A DNA stretch of 64,000 nucleotides, taken from Callorhinchus milii (taxonomy: Eukaryota). Below are positions 11,305-24,959 of this stretch, one piece after another (within the stretch, counting starts at the first letter, position 1; every line of letters starts with the position of its first letter). The position numbers and the translations under genes were made by a program. A model generated the notes under the pieces. That model searched no databases and was not told the DNA's origin. It saw only the letters and a list, made by a program, of their open reading frames with translations. The stretch covers positions 32,862,001-32,926,000 of the forward strand of contig NW_024704742.1 in NCBI RefSeq assembly GCF_018977255.1, in the 5' to 3' direction.

Positions 11305-13900
11305 ACTTACAGTAAGTATCGCATGACAGCAGTAGGGGGCCCACTTTAACTTCACAAAGAGAGCAGCACAAATAAAATGCAAATAAGCAAACACCACAGC
11401 AAACAGCTCTAATGACCATTGATTTCAGAGGACTGAATACTAAATATATAACATCTTGCATCTTATGCAATGTAAATTACAAACAAGATTGCTAATCCCA
11501 ATAAATTGCTAACCTCAATAAAACAATATATTTTTAAACAAAAATGACAATGATTAAAAACAGAAAGTTAAAACTACTTTAATATGCATTTATTTAGTTA
11601 AAGTCTAACTTTTGTCTTAAACAAGCCAGAAAGCAATCTTATAGTTTCCATGTATGACTCATTCAGGTTTTGAAACAACTGGTTAGGGAAGCAATTACTA
11701 TATGGAGGTTTAAATTCTATTCTCGAAACTAAAGTCGTCTTGAATATCCATTACAAAGCAAATGAAATATAAATAAGGAAAGTGAATGAACGATATCCCA
11801 TAATATGGTGATTACAGTGTGTTGACGGTGTGGAGAAGTATAAAGATCACCAATTTTTACTTGCCCTTAACTCAACTGGAGAAACAATGCTTATTCGTTT
11901 AAAAATAAATTAATCCTACTGCTGCCCCCCTTCCAATAAAGGGAATTAAAGAATGACTTGTTCACTTATAAATGAATAGGGCTAGCAAAGGAAACAAAAT
12001 ACTTAAAGCCACAGTGACCCAAGCAAACACGTCAATTACCAATACATTTTGAAACACAATTCTGTTCTAAGACATTTCTACTTATTAGACTGAGTTCTAA
12101 ACCAGGAGAGGGGAGGGAGGATAGAGGGCAGAGAAGAGAAAGCGAAACTATTAAATTCTTTAAAATGCTGAGAAGCATAGCTTTATATACATGCAATAGG
12201 TTTTTTTAAACTAAGTATATGAGAATAACACTAGAGAAGGTAGTTTTTGCCCCACCACGGAGTAGTTGATATCTGCAGCCGACTTCCAACAGAAAAATAA
12301 TCTGTTTTAAGAACCGTATTGGAGGTTTTAGGTTTAGATGTAAAGTACCACTGAGAGATAAATACTCCAAAGGACATGGTGATTTCAGTGTTGCAGGTAT
12401 CTGTAATGGTGAATGTTGAAGGGGAGGAAGCCTGGGTTAAATGCAAGCTGACCTGGTTATAAAACTCTTCAGTTCAGCACAAATTCACTATAGCTGACTT
12501 ACAATGGACCGGTGGTTTACAAGATGTGTTACACACTTCTGATGCTAACTAATTATTTCCTGCGTGTTGTGTGCATGGGTGCCAAGGAAGTACATCAAAT
12601 TAACGCCATTAACCTGGCCTTGATTGTTTGCCTGTCTCTATTTCTGTGAGTTGGAGTTTAAGGGGACTTCTGCTAATGTGGTGTTGGTGTAAGAAAGCAT
12701 CAGCCAGGGTCAAGAAATGAACAGCAACGTACCCCACAAAATTATAACTATAGAAATCCAGAAGCATTTATAGAAAAAAATGTCTTGCACGTGAACAGGA
12801 TATCATAATATTGTTCTAAACGGTCTATTAATATGAAGAATGTTAAATCATAAAATTCCATTATAAATGTGGCAAAACAATAACCATTCCCTGCAGAAAA
12901 AAATAATGGCCTTGGTGTTTGTGCAATGTACCTTGCACAGCAGAACCTTGCTATAACTTGGTGGTTGAGGTCCACAAAATCCCTATCAACTCTATCACAG
13001 GGCATTGGACATCATAATTGTGCTTGCACGCAGAAAGCTCTTCCCACTGGATATTTAAAAGGCTGCCCTGGCACTGGGAAGCCAAAATGGCTGGCTTCCG
13101 GATTATGAAGTTGCCACTGAACTCACTACCTGCGCATTCCTTTTTTGGAGCTGCTGAGTGCTTTTGGGGTAAGTGAATGTCAGGATCAGTGCCCAAATTG
13201 AGGAAAACGCACTGAAGTCGATTCAATTGGACCATAATATTTAAAATGACTTTTGCAAAGTATGAGTTATGGTAAACTTGCACAAGTTGTGTCATATATG
13301 TCTTAGGTAAAGTAGCGTATAAGTCAGATTTTATATGACTAATACATAACAAATAAACAAGTACTGTCCTGGCCGGTGACATTAAGGCAAAGTTTCTGTA
13401 TCATGTTTAACCCATGCATATTAAAGAAGCTGGTAAAGTCAGTGCAATAGCATGTTATGAGTTACCCGGTGGTTTTGCGGTGGCTAATACGACTAGAAAA
13501 TATAAATTTAGGTGGATTTAATAGGACATTGAACAGGACTTGGGCAGATTTACTGCACTTATACAATTTATACAGGTCATACTTATGTGAGTTTATGTTT
13601 ATAAGCAGACAGAGTTCTATTGCAAGTACTAGGATATTTTCAAGATTAGAGCTTAAAATTATTTCATATCTTACCATTTTATTCAATTTTAATTATTATA
13701 TAAATTTTATTCATACATGTTTGGTTGCTTTTGTATGGATTTACAAAGCCCACACCACCATGATGATTTGTAAAAACGGAATGACTTAATTTCATTGCTC
13801 AAGTGACAGGTTCGATTAATTTTCTGAAATGCTTTTCATTTGTGCACCCTCACTACACCCCACCTCCACAACACCACCATCTCCCCAATTATGCACATAC

Positions 13901-14043
13901 CTCCACACCACCTTCTGAGGTAGTCGAGCCAACGCTCCTGCTAGCTTGTGTGCAACATCATCCGACAGATATTTGACACCGGCACCAAATGAAACCAATA
14001 CAAAGCCTTCCTCCTCAGCATCATCTGCCCAGGTCATGAAATC
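13901..14043 (-). CDS. UGT8: UGT8 coding exon 2 (143 bp)
   Basis: cag|GAT...AG|gtatgt; encodes DFMTWADDAEEEGFVLVSFGAGVKYLSDDVAHKLAGALARLPQKVVW(R); frame continuous with flanking exons. Confidence 0.96.
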
Positions 14044-14736
14044 CTGATTCATACAAAAGAAACATATAAGCGGTCATTTTTTAACTATACAAACAAAATC
14101 ATTACATGTTATGTACATCTTTTTTAAAAAAAACAATTGTTAAAAAGTCTGACTTCATCCAGAATATTTCAGCAAACTATTAACAAAACTTTCTGAAAGA
14201 AGTGTAAAGTGAGAACAACGTTACAGGACACACATACAGACAATTAATATTGTAGCAGGAAATGTCAAGCAGCAGAAGTCAGAGACCATATTTTTCAAAC
14301 CCTCAACTGTGGCTGTGGCAAAATCACTTCTAACTTTAAATTTAAAGTCTTATTAGGGAGAGGGATTACAGATGAAATTAAATACACATGTTAAGAAAGT
14401 AATAACAGATACTGAGATAAACCCAAACATTCATACTCTGTCAATTACAAATAGTTTTTTAAAATCTCTTTGAATTAATAATGTGGGGTTTCATCAACCG
14501 TATCAAGCATTTTCCAATGAAACCTCAACAAGCACAATTCATGAATAAACTCAAAGAATTCAATTATATAATTGAACCCTCAAGAAAATGATAGGAAATA
14601 GGTGCAGTACTCGGTAACATTCACATTTTTATTGTACTTGTGATTCTCAAAATCACTTAACCAAATTATTTGCCAGAATAAAATAGAAATTTAGAACTAT
14701 TTATCCCCGAAACACTTATCTGGCATTATACAAATG

Positions 14737-14960
14737 CCAACCCGGCTTAGTTGGTATCCCTCTTGTCTGAGTCAGAAGATTGTGAGTTTATGCCCCATGT
14801 CAGGACTTTGAACTCAAAGTGAAGGCTAACACTCCAATACGGTGCTGCACGAGTATTGTATTATCAAAGGTGCTGTGTTTCTGATGTCCTCAGTTAAACT
14901 GCCTATTCAGATGGATGTTGAAGATCCTATTGGCACTATTGGAAAAGAGAAGGGAACATC
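14737..14960 (+). mobile_element. 5' half of old Deu-type SINE, directly followed by a younger SINE
   Basis: Same head and body motifs as 17355-17816, ending at GAAGGGAACATCTT. Confidence 0.75.
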
Positions 14961-14962
14961 TT

Positions 14963-15280
14963 GGAGTCCTGTAGCTCAGTGGTTAGAGCATTCGCTTTGC
15001 AAGCGAGACACCTCAATTCCAGGCAGAGGGCGAAACCTTGAGCAAGTTTCCTTACTCTACACGCCTGATAATAATCCTTCCAAAAAACAAAACAATAATA
15101 AATTGGTCATTTTCAATCCACGATTGTTTGTGGGACACTGCTGCGCGCAATTGGCTGCTGCATTTCGTCCACAAAATATATACGGTCAATTCACTTTACA
15201 GTCTATTCGGTGAAGGGCTTTGAGACGTCGAGAAGACGTGAAAAGCGCTATATCAAATGCAAGAATTATTATTATTATTA
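14963..15280 (+). mobile_element. Young tRNA-derived SINE
   Basis: Same head, body and (ATT)n tail. Confidence 0.92.
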
Positions 15281-15294
15281 TCTTCTCTTTTCCA

Positions 15295-15885
15295 ATTGGC
15301 CATAAAACATGCAAATATAGCTCTTGGATTTATGTTCAGAGAATAGAATACAAAAGTAGGGAAGTAATATCAAATGTATATAAAACGGTTCTGGTCCCTA
15401 TACTAAAGGAAAGGGATTGTGGCACTGGAGAGAATACACCGTGGATTTATAAGGATGTTAACTGGGATAAGTGGATCCAGCTACCAAGAAAGATTGGACA
15501 GATTGGAGGTTGTCTCTCTAGAGTTTAGACCTGACAGAGGTGCTTACGATTATGAAAGGCTCAATAAGGTGTCTGTTGATGACCTGTTTCCACTTGTTGC
15601 TGAGTCCAAAACTCGAAGGCATAAATATATAATAGCTCGTCATAGATCTAATATGGAGTTCAGGAGGAAGCTATACACACAGAGGGTGACAGGAATGTGC
15701 CCGATTTTTAAGACTGTGGTTGAAGTAAAAAGCATCAATATATTTAAGTGAAAACTTGATGAATATGAACACATGAGGGGATGGGAGGACGGTAATAGGA
15801 GGGTGTGACTCATGTGGAGAGTAAACACGGGCACAGACTAATTGGGATGGATGAATGCCTTTTTCCATGCCTTCTCATTCTATGA
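15295..15885 (+). mobile_element. CR1 LINE 3' fragment
   Basis: ALERIHRGFIRMLTGISGSSYQERLDRLEVVSLE and KTRRHKY...EFRRKLYTQRV..., the CR1 C-terminus; attctatg-type end. Confidence 0.85.
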
Positions 15886-16394
15886 AACATCCCAAGTTGT
15901 AGAACGTAGGCAAAAGTAATCAAATATCCAATTGCGGATTACAGTTTAAATATATCCAGCATTGCAATGTCAGGCAGTAACCTGCACTATACCACGGCGT
16001 CTTAGTAAAACATATCATTACCCGATGATGATTAAGAAATGTATACAAGGTATAAAGTGGTCACTAGTGTTTGATATAATCCCCATTGAAACAAAAAATG
16101 AGTTCAAGCTGACGTGCATCAAAATTAACTAGAAAAATGTTTTGCCCAATTTTACTTATATCCAAGTACTCCATATTTCTCAATTGAAATTACTCCATAT
16201 TTCTCAATTGAAACATAAATATGTATTGCAAACTGGGTGTCCAATTCCCTCAGTAATTTTAAAATAATAATAATTAAATAATAAAATTATTTAAATTATT
16301 AATTAAATAATAAATTTAAAACAGTAGCATCAGTGCTATGTAGGCTAGTAGAGAAATACGAATTGATTCCACATGGTATGGCTCAATATAATGT

Positions 16395-17310
16395 ACATTG
16401 ATGTAGTACTTTTCACGTCAGAAGGATGTTTTGAAGCATTTCACGATGCTGGATGGGCATCTGAACACAGTGTGAGAGCCAAGTGGGGTGGAAGCCAAGG
16501 GAGAGGGAGAGGAAAGATGAATGAAAGCAGGATCAAAGAAATCTGTTTTGAGACGTGCATTGAAAGAGGGGAAGCAGGGAGGGAGGAAGTCGGAGTGACT
16601 TGGCAGAATGACTGAAAGCCAACCCTTCAATGGTGGGGTGTATAAGGCAGGGAATATGAAGCAAGTCCAGTGCTCTTTGAGCGAAGTGAGCAACCGGATT
16701 GCTGGGTTGGAGGAAGCCACTTGGGTAGACTGCTGATGAGATCATGGAGATTTATAATAATAATAATAATAATCCTTGCATTTGATACAGCGCTTTTCAC
16801 GTCGGGAGGACGTCCCAAAGCGCTTCACAGAACAGACCGCAAAGTGAATTGACTGTATATTTGTGGGCGAACGCGGCAGCCAATTGCGCACAGCAATGTC
16901 CCACAAACAGTCGTAGATTGAAAATGACCAATTTATTATTATTGTTTTTGGAGGGATTATTATTAGGCTCTGTGTGGAGTAAGGAAACTTGCCCAAGGTT
17001 TCGCCCTCTGCCTGGAATTGAACTCAGGTCTCTCACTCGCAAAGCAAGTGCTCTAACCACTGAGCTACAGGACTCCACGAAAAGTGAAATGCAGGAGCAC
17101 AAGTGAAAACGAGAACCTTGAACTCAATCCACTCGGTGTTGGGGAGCGAGGCTGGGGGCGATCGATTCACGGAGCCTAGAACGGAAGAGGACTTGGCTAC
17201 AAGCTCCAGATAGTCTGCAACTTGTGTAGCGAAGAGCTCGGGAGCCCGGCAAGCAGAGCAATGGCATAGTTAAGCCAGGAAGTGCTGAAGGCTTGGATGA
17301 GGGTCTTGGC
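16395..17310 (-). mobile_element. Older L2 fragment split by the SINE at 16754-17076
   Basis: FNARLKTDFFD-type C-terminus on the left; IEFKVLVF and KTLIQAFSTS.L.Y segments right of the SINE. Confidence 0.75.
16754..17076 (-). mobile_element. Young tRNA-derived SINE, short subfamily
   Basis: Near-identical to copies at 35.8, 57.9 and 59.3 kb. Confidence 0.93.
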
Positions 17311-17354
17311 TTTTATAAATAATGCGCTGTTTTAGAACTCAAACGAATCTTGGT

Positions 17355-17816
17355 GTCAGCCTGGTTTATTTGTAGCATTCTTGCCACTGAGTCAGAGGGT
17401 TGTGCGTTCAAGTCCCATATCGGGACTTGAACTCACACTGTGTAAGATGACACTCCAAAGCAGTGATGGGGGGGATGTGGCACTGTCAGCAGTACCGTCC
17501 TTCGGGTGATACATAAAACCGAAGTCACGTCTGTCTGTTTGGGTGGACTTTAAAGATCCCATAAAACTGTCCGAAAGGAGAACGGAGATTCTCCCGGTAT
17601 CCTGGCCAACAATCCGACCAAATATTTAAAAAATTATCATTTGTTTCATGATTGTTTGTGGGACACGGCTATGTGAATCGTGCTCCTGCATTTGCCGACA
17701 AAACCCACAGTCACTCCCTTTCACAGTAAACCATGTGAAGCACTTTGAAACGTCCTTCCGATGTTATAAGTCCCCTATACCAAATGCAAAGTTTATGATG
17801 ATTATTATTATTATGA
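17355..17816 (+). mobile_element. Old full-length Deu-type tRNA-SINE
   Basis: tRNA-like head (TAGCATTCTTGCC..GAGTCAGAGGGTTGTGCGTTCAAGTCC), AAAGATCCCAT, TGTTTGTGGGAC, L2-like tail with (ATT)n. Confidence 0.8.
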
Positions 17817-19702
17817 TAATGATGCACCTCATCCTTTGGAAGGTAAATTGCGTATGCTGATATTTTGGGTGCATCTCCAAATTTAACCGGTTCGCTGCTT
17901 GGCTGGTAAGGCAACCACTTTTTTTTTTAAACGTCTGCTAAATATTAGTGACATTATAAGGAACAGTGACCCTAATGCACAAATACCGCCAACTCTTACA
18001 ACATCTGCACATAGCAGCTCCTGGATAACTGAATTCAGTATGTTTGGGCCTTTTCTTTACGCCTTTATCGCCAAGTATTGAAGATTTCCTAAATTGATCA
18101 CACACACAAAAAAAAAAACTTTCCGCACCTACATTGGAAGCAAATGCTATTTTACCCACACAAATATTTAGAATAGTTGAAACCAAAATGTACATAGAAG
18201 AAAGAAATTGTCTGGAAAAATTAGCTCAGAGCATATATCATGGAACTACCAGGGTGTGCAGCAGTCATTCAAGTCCTTGATTATAAAGGTCAGTGTTGTA
18301 ACTACAGTGGAACTGTTAATGAATACACAGCTGTAGCTATGGAGTTAGCCACAGACTGACACGAACTGGTAGGACTAAACCCTGGTCTTATCTGCAATAC
18401 ACAATGCAAACAATAGTGACATAAAACCTTTTCTGTAATCCATCCGAGTCTTCTATAACCCTATTTGTTTAGCAAAATGTACAAGATTCAAGCTATTGAC
18501 CAGTGTCACTGCAGCCTACAAAAATATAAGCAGGTCATTTCCTTTTTAAATGCAGGACAACACAATTTTTTTTCGACAACTGATTTGACCCCCATTCACT
18601 TTTCTTTTTAAAAAATAAATTTTTTGCTTTTGGAACCACCGTAATCCGAGCTACATCCAAATGTGAAAGATTGCACTGTGAATCTTCTTTTAATGTGAAG
18701 AAATATTTGGCATGTATGAATAATAATAATCATTGCATTTGACATCACGTCATCGAGATGTCTCAAAGTGCTTCACAAGATTTTACCGTGAAGCGTAGCG
18801 ACTGTATATTTTGCAGACGAACCCTGCAGCCAATTTGTGAATTTGTGCATAGTAACGTTCCACAAAAAAAATGAAAGTAAATGACCAATTTTATCTTAGG
18901 TTACGTCAGCCAGGACATACAAGAGGAAATACAATACAAGAGAAACACTGATACTGATACCCTTTTATACTACATAAGTGATGTGGCTTTGCTTCTATTA
19001 AATTGTGAAAAATATTTCCCATTCCGAAGTGCTCTTGCCAGGTGCTACGAAGAGCTTTACGTACGTATAAGAGTTTCAGCAAGTGGTATTTGCAGTATTA
19101 AAATAACAGTATTAAAGAGCCCAAAGTGTGACTGGCTCTATAACAAAATTAAAATTCTTAAGGGTAGTCAAATGTTAAAAGTTGCCCAAATACAACCCAC
19201 AACCTGACTCAGAGACGAGAGTGCTACCAATAGCCAGGATGATGAAACAACATTAATTTATGTTAAAAGTATGATAAAATCGTACTCTGACCTCTTCACA
19301 GAGCTGCAGGGGAGGTTTAAATGAAGATAGTCTTGAGCTTATCCTGCTAAAAATATCCCTCAACCATCTTCCCATCACAGCATCGAGCTTTTTTTCAAAA
19401 ATGCGTGCAGCATCCGGGCCTCAACCACCCTTCCCGAAACCTGTTCCAGTCATTAATTACCCTCAGGGTAAAGAAAACCTTTCTGGTGTCTGTCCTAAAA
19501 TTGTCCTTTGCAATTTAAAACCTATGGCCACATGTTCTGCTGGGATGTCCTCCCAACGTGAAAAGCGCTATACAAATGTAATCTTGTTGTTGTTGTCGCT
19601 ATCTCGGCGCTCGGTATTGTTCTGGATTGACTTCAGCAATCTCATTGAAAATGTTATATACTTTTGAAAAGTACCCACCGAGACTTTTCCTTTCAAGACT
19701 GA

Positions 19703-19978
19703 ACAACAACAACAACAACTTGCACTTATATCGCGCCCTCCAAGCAGGATAGCATCTCAGAGCACTTGACAGTGGCAGAGCCTGACACCGAGCCGGGGGC
19801 GGGGGGGGGGGGGGGGGAGGGAGGTGGTCATAAGCACGGTCGAAAAGGAAGGTTTTCAGGCGGGAATTGAAAAAGGGGAAAGAGGGGGAAAGACGGAGGG
19901 ATTGAGGGAGAGTGTTCCAGAGCTTCGGGGTGTAGTGCCACCTCCGATTGTGGGGGGGGGGGAGGGTGCGAGGGACAG
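19703..19978 (-). mobile_element. L2 3' end inserted in a CR1 fragment
   Basis: PKLWNTLPQSLRLSPSFPFFNSRLKTFLFDRAY plus (TTG)n tail; CR1-like sequence at ~19390-19520, 19600-19702 and 20040-20158. Confidence 0.8.
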
Positions 19979-21875
19979 CCCTAATTTGTCTATAATAATC
20001 CTTGTATTTGCAGGGCACTATATAAATGCAAGTTGTTGTTGTAATCTCTACTTTGTAGATCCTTATTGGTCTCATTTACACTGCCTTTAGGGCCTGAGCA
20101 GTCCCCTTATCGTTCAGTGATCAGGATTGTATGAATATTCTAGGTGTGGGCCTGACCAACAAAACAAGTTAGGGATAGCATCCCAGAGTGCTCGACAACA
20201 GCGGAGTACGATGCTGAGCCGGGGGGAGGTGACCGTAAGCATGGACGAAGAGGAAGGTCTTCAGGCGCGATCTGAAGATGGGGACTGCAGGGGCAAGGCA
20301 AGGAGGGATAGAGGATTGGTGGTCCAGAGTTTCGGGGTTAGTGGCTGAAAGCGTGTCCACCATTGGTGGGACAGAGGACAGAGCGACATGCTCTGGAGCC
20401 AGCAGAGCGGATTTAGCATCTCATCCGAAGGACGGCACATCCAACAATGTAACACCCCCCAACCCCAACGCTACATATATTGGAGTGACTATCTGATGTC
20501 CAAGTCCCGATGTGGGGCTTGAACAAGAGGTGAGAGTGCTACTCCTGCGCCAGGGTTATGGATTGTTTTCTGCAGCGTTGCCTTCGATCTCCCCTTCCCC
20601 CCACTGCCAGATTTAAATTGAAACTAAGCTTAACATTTCTCGATCATAGTTTTTCTGGTATTACCCTACACGGTTTTGCAAACAGCCAGCAGCCAGCTTG
20701 AGGCGAAGGCCACAGAAAAAAATAGTTGTTGAATTTCCTGTCCAGTGATTGAAGGTCAAATCTGGTTTACGAGGAGAGCCAAGTAACATAGTGTGTTTCA
20801 AGCACACTGTGCCAATAAACATTTGCTTAATGGCACTCTTTGAATGATATAGTCTTCACTCTTCTGGCTCGTCAGTTTTCATGCACAACTTGACACGAGA
20901 CTAGAGTAGGAGTAGGCCATACACCAGAAAATGCAAGCTGGTCAGATAGTTCCTTTTGCGTTACAAGGCATTATCTACTGCTGGAAAGAGGTTGTACATG
21001 GAAAATACATCAAACATGACTGTGTTCTTCCGTTGTACTGCACTCTTAACATACCTATTCTCCCTCATGTACCTGAATGCATGCTAACACATGTATGATA
21101 AGTGTGCGACTCTCAAGTTCATCACAGATGAACAGCATGATTTCCGCACGGCAGATGACCAGCCAGGCAATCTCCAATCAGAAAGTATGACTGACCAGGT
21201 GAATGTAACATTTCAGTGTCCGCAGCGTGATTTGTTTTGGAAGCATTAAACAATGAAGTCTAATTTCCAGAGTGAAATTGCACAGCATTACAAATTATTT
21301 CCCAAATTAAAAGCATTGCTTTGCTAGCGTGCCAAAGCAAAACTGACCACCATAATTCTTCACAGAGGCTAGTGTATTAAGACACCAATGTGCCAGTACA
21401 GTATGCCTACATTCAAACCTCCTGTATTTTACTGGAGGAATACTGTACGTGTAAGGGAGAGGTAGTGACAAAATGTAGATTCCTTTCTTTGGGGCTGGCT
21501 TCAGGTCACTGGGAACCAAATTCAATCAAAAGAAACATTGTCTTGAAGTGAGCAGCTGCACTTCAAGTCTAGAAATAATGAACAACAGAGGTGTGTACTA
21601 GTAATAATAATAATAATAATAATAATCCTTGCATTGATAAAGCACCTTATCACATCATTGAGACGTCACAAGGTGCTGCACAGAATACAGTTTAAAGTGA
21701 ATTGACTATTTGAGAATGAAATACAGCAGCAAATTACACACAGCAATGTCCCACAAACAGTTGTGTTTTTTTAATGTTTGCTTTGTGGGTTTTTTTCACA
21801 AACCAATCTAAAAATCAGTAAAACGATGGGGGAGGAGAATCGAATTTAAATATGGGAAAATAGGAAAAGGGATAA

Positions 21876-22108
21876 TGGGCAAGTTTCCTTACTCCACACG
21901 CCTGATAATAATCCCTCAAGAAAAAAAATAATAATAATTTGGTCACTCAATCCACGACTGTTTGTGGGACACTGCTGTGCGCAATCGGCTGCCGAGTTTC
22001 ATCCACAAAATATAAAGTCAATTCACTTTACAGTGTATTCTGTGAAGTGCTTTGAGACGTCTCGAAGACGTGAAAAGCTCTATATCAAATGCAAGGATTA
22101 TTATTATT
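21876..22108 (+). mobile_element. 5'-truncated tRNA-SINE
   Basis: Begins at GGGCAAGTTTCCTTACTCCACAC; intact tail. Confidence 0.88.
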
Positions 22109-22742
22109 GCGCAGTAGGTGCACGGTCACAAAACATTTGTCAAATAATGTGAAAGCCAAGAAATCATTTTGTCAGTGGTGCAATTTCTGAAAACATTATG
22201 AATTTCAGTAAAAAAAAAATCTTTGGTCCAGTTTCAGGTTATGCATATACAGTATATCTGTAACTGAAAGTTACCGAGTATACCAAAAAAAATCTTCCAA
22301 CCACAACAAGCTCAGGTCAATTTGCCTCTCAAGGTCAAAGATAAATTAACTTTTTAGATGTGACCCTTCACCGGAACACTGTCTTGACCTAATTGGCTAA
22401 CATAGTGCATTTACCCATTCAGGAACTTCAAACTTCATCACGTCTTAAACTCTGTGGTTAATAGCATTAAAGCCAAGTGGAGAATATCTATTTTTTTAAA
22501 AAAAAGATTAATCCTGCTGGTCGATGAATTATTCGCTGTTTTCATATTCAAATTTCGTATTCACCATTCCTTAATGCCGAAATATAGCCAAAAAAATCTT
22601 AACAGTCCTGTTTATCTAAACCTAAAACTCGTATCGAGTCCCAGAAAGTAGAAATTGTAACTTTAATCAGTGCTCAAGCATCCCGCATGGTGACAATGTA
22701 GGACATAGCAGAATACTCATTCCCATACAACAACAACTGTAT

Positions 22743-23060
22743 GGAGTCCTGTAGCTCAGTGGTTAGCGAGAGACCTGAGTTCAATTCCAGGCAGAGGGTG
22801 AAACCTTGGGCAAGTTTCCTTACTCCACACAGAGCCTAATAATAATCCCTCCAAAAACAAAAAAACAAAAACAATAATAAAAATTGGTCATTTTTCAATC
22901 CATGACTGTTTGTGGGACATTGCTGTGCGCAATTGGCTGCCGCGTTCGCCCACAAATATACAGTCAATTCACTTTACAGTATATTCTGTGAAGCGCTTTG
23001 GGACGTCCTCCCGACGTGAAAAGCGCTATATCAAATACAAGGATTATTATTATTATTATT
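22743..23060 (+). mobile_element. Young tRNA-derived SINE with a deletion in the anticodon arm
   Basis: GGTTAG joined to CGAGAGACC; rest matches the family. Confidence 0.93.
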
Positions 23061-24137
23061 AACTGAAGATTACAGAGCTACGGAGCAAAATAAACCAAGG
23101 CACCAGGAAATTATCATTGCTTTACTGATACCAGCTGAGGCAACATCTTTCCACTGAACATTACTATTATCTGTCCTCATGATTTAGTCAATTCAGAGTT
23201 ATTGGCACAAAATAACCACAGAATAAACTACATCAAACACTGTGCCCATTTCAGTAAGCCTTAGAAACATTAACGCACAACTGCAAGGGTCCCACCAGAA
23301 AAGCCAACTTTTATATCTTAATTCCAATTGACAAGCCTCTCTCTGTATAAGAGTCACGCTCATCAGCAGAAATCAGCTCTCAAAAACCAGAAAAGTTGTC
23401 TTTTAAATATTAATTCCCACTGTTGCATAACCAAATTTGAATCATTGCCTGTAATATAACCAGGCCATCACCTAGATTTAAAACTGTCTTTAAAGGTTCA
23501 GCTTGCAAGTTGACTTTTTAATCACAGGATTGGTTGAGTCCTGCCCAAGTCAGCACAGGATTCAGCAACTGGTGTACATGGAATAGCATCTAGAGTAGCA
23601 TTTGAATTAAGTATCATCATAACAGAGATAAAGCAATAAGCATATTGTACTAATATTTTGTTATTTTCCATTTCTTTTAAAGCCACTAAAAAGAACATAA
23701 TTGCAAGAATTTTTGTAACTGGAACGCAGTGTTCTGTACATTTGTTCTTCATTTCTCTCTTTTCTAGACATATTAACAGAATAAGGAACATTCATCCTTC
23801 AAGACATAACAAAAGGACATATTCAAATTAGGAAGGAAACCAATTTATTCTTAAAAATTCCAAATACCAGCATTAATTAATTGATTGATTGATTAATCCT
23901 TGCATTTGATATTAATTAATTAATTATTAATTACCAGCATTGTATTCAATGAAAATACTATTTAAATTTTACGTACAGATGCAATTTTACCTCAAATCTC
24001 TGTGGTTCACTATTTGAATTAAAAAAATGGAGCTGTTATTGTCTCTGTCCCACCTCAACAAAGCCTTTGAGATTAAAATAAATTATGCTCAGTTTTGAGC
24101 CCAGTTAGTAGTTGTAAAAGATATAGGCAAACCTTAC

Positions 24138-24959
24138 TTCTGGCAGAGGGCTGGCAGGCTTTGTCAATATTCCTCCCACATACACAACGTTGGGCAAGGT
24201 AGGTCGAGGAAACTCGAGGGCTACATCCGTGCACAGCATCCACAGGCTAGCACCCTGTATCAATTCATACATGGAGCGTTCCGGTTCAATGTTGTATTTC
24301 TGCATTATTCGCTCATACTTTGGCAAGAAAAGAAAATTCACACCAAAGCGCGATAGTAGGTACACTGCAGTATTTGTAATTCGCTGAAACAAATTCATTT
24401 TGTCCGTAAGGAGAGAGTTAAACTCCGGCACGTAGGCGAGAGGAGTTGGAGCTCCAACCTCTGCTGGGTACCAGAGACCAGTAGAAAACACGGCATATTT
24501 CACTTCTAAAAGATGACCTATCACAAAACCACACATCTCATTGGGATCCACCAAGACCAGATCAAATTTTTCCTCCTTGAGTTGAGTGATGAACCCCTGG
24601 CTACCAACCATGAGGTCGCAATTCTTGGAGTAATGCTCTAAAATGTCAAAAAGCTCCAGTGCCGTTAGTCTTCCTGAGAAAATATTCCTCATCTTGGACT
24701 GCAGAAATTCATCCGCCGTTGTGCTATTGAAGAAGCCAGGATACCTCAGCAGCCTAAAGTAATCTGAAGAAGGTATTTCTCTGCCTTCTGATACTGCAAA
24801 CACAGTCTCGTGCCCCTGCTCATGCAAGGCCTTAGCCAAGGTCTTGAAAATGTAGAGATGGCTTTCAAACATAATCGGGGGCACAACTACAATTTTGGCT
24901 GCCTTTGATATTTCCACAGAGCACCAAAGTAGTGTGAGGATTTGGAAGTATAATTTCAT
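24138..24959 (-). CDS. UGT8: UGT8 ceramide galactosyltransferase, first coding exon (822 bp, 274 codons)
   Basis: Translates MKLYFQILTLLWCSVEISKAAKIVVVPPIMFESHLYIFKTLA...FPRPTLPNVVYVGGILTKPASPLPE, the signal peptide and N-terminal domain I recognise as UGT8. Acceptor ttttcag|cc lies 2 nt before the ATG (exon starts 24961), ACTAAT branch-like motif at 24987-24992, donor GAA|gtaagg at 24137 (phase 0). Confidence 0.97.

Noticed and set aside
16167..16213. 23-bp tandem duplication TACTCCATATTTCTCAATTGAAA
   Set aside because: Real but an ordinary local duplication with no sign of function.
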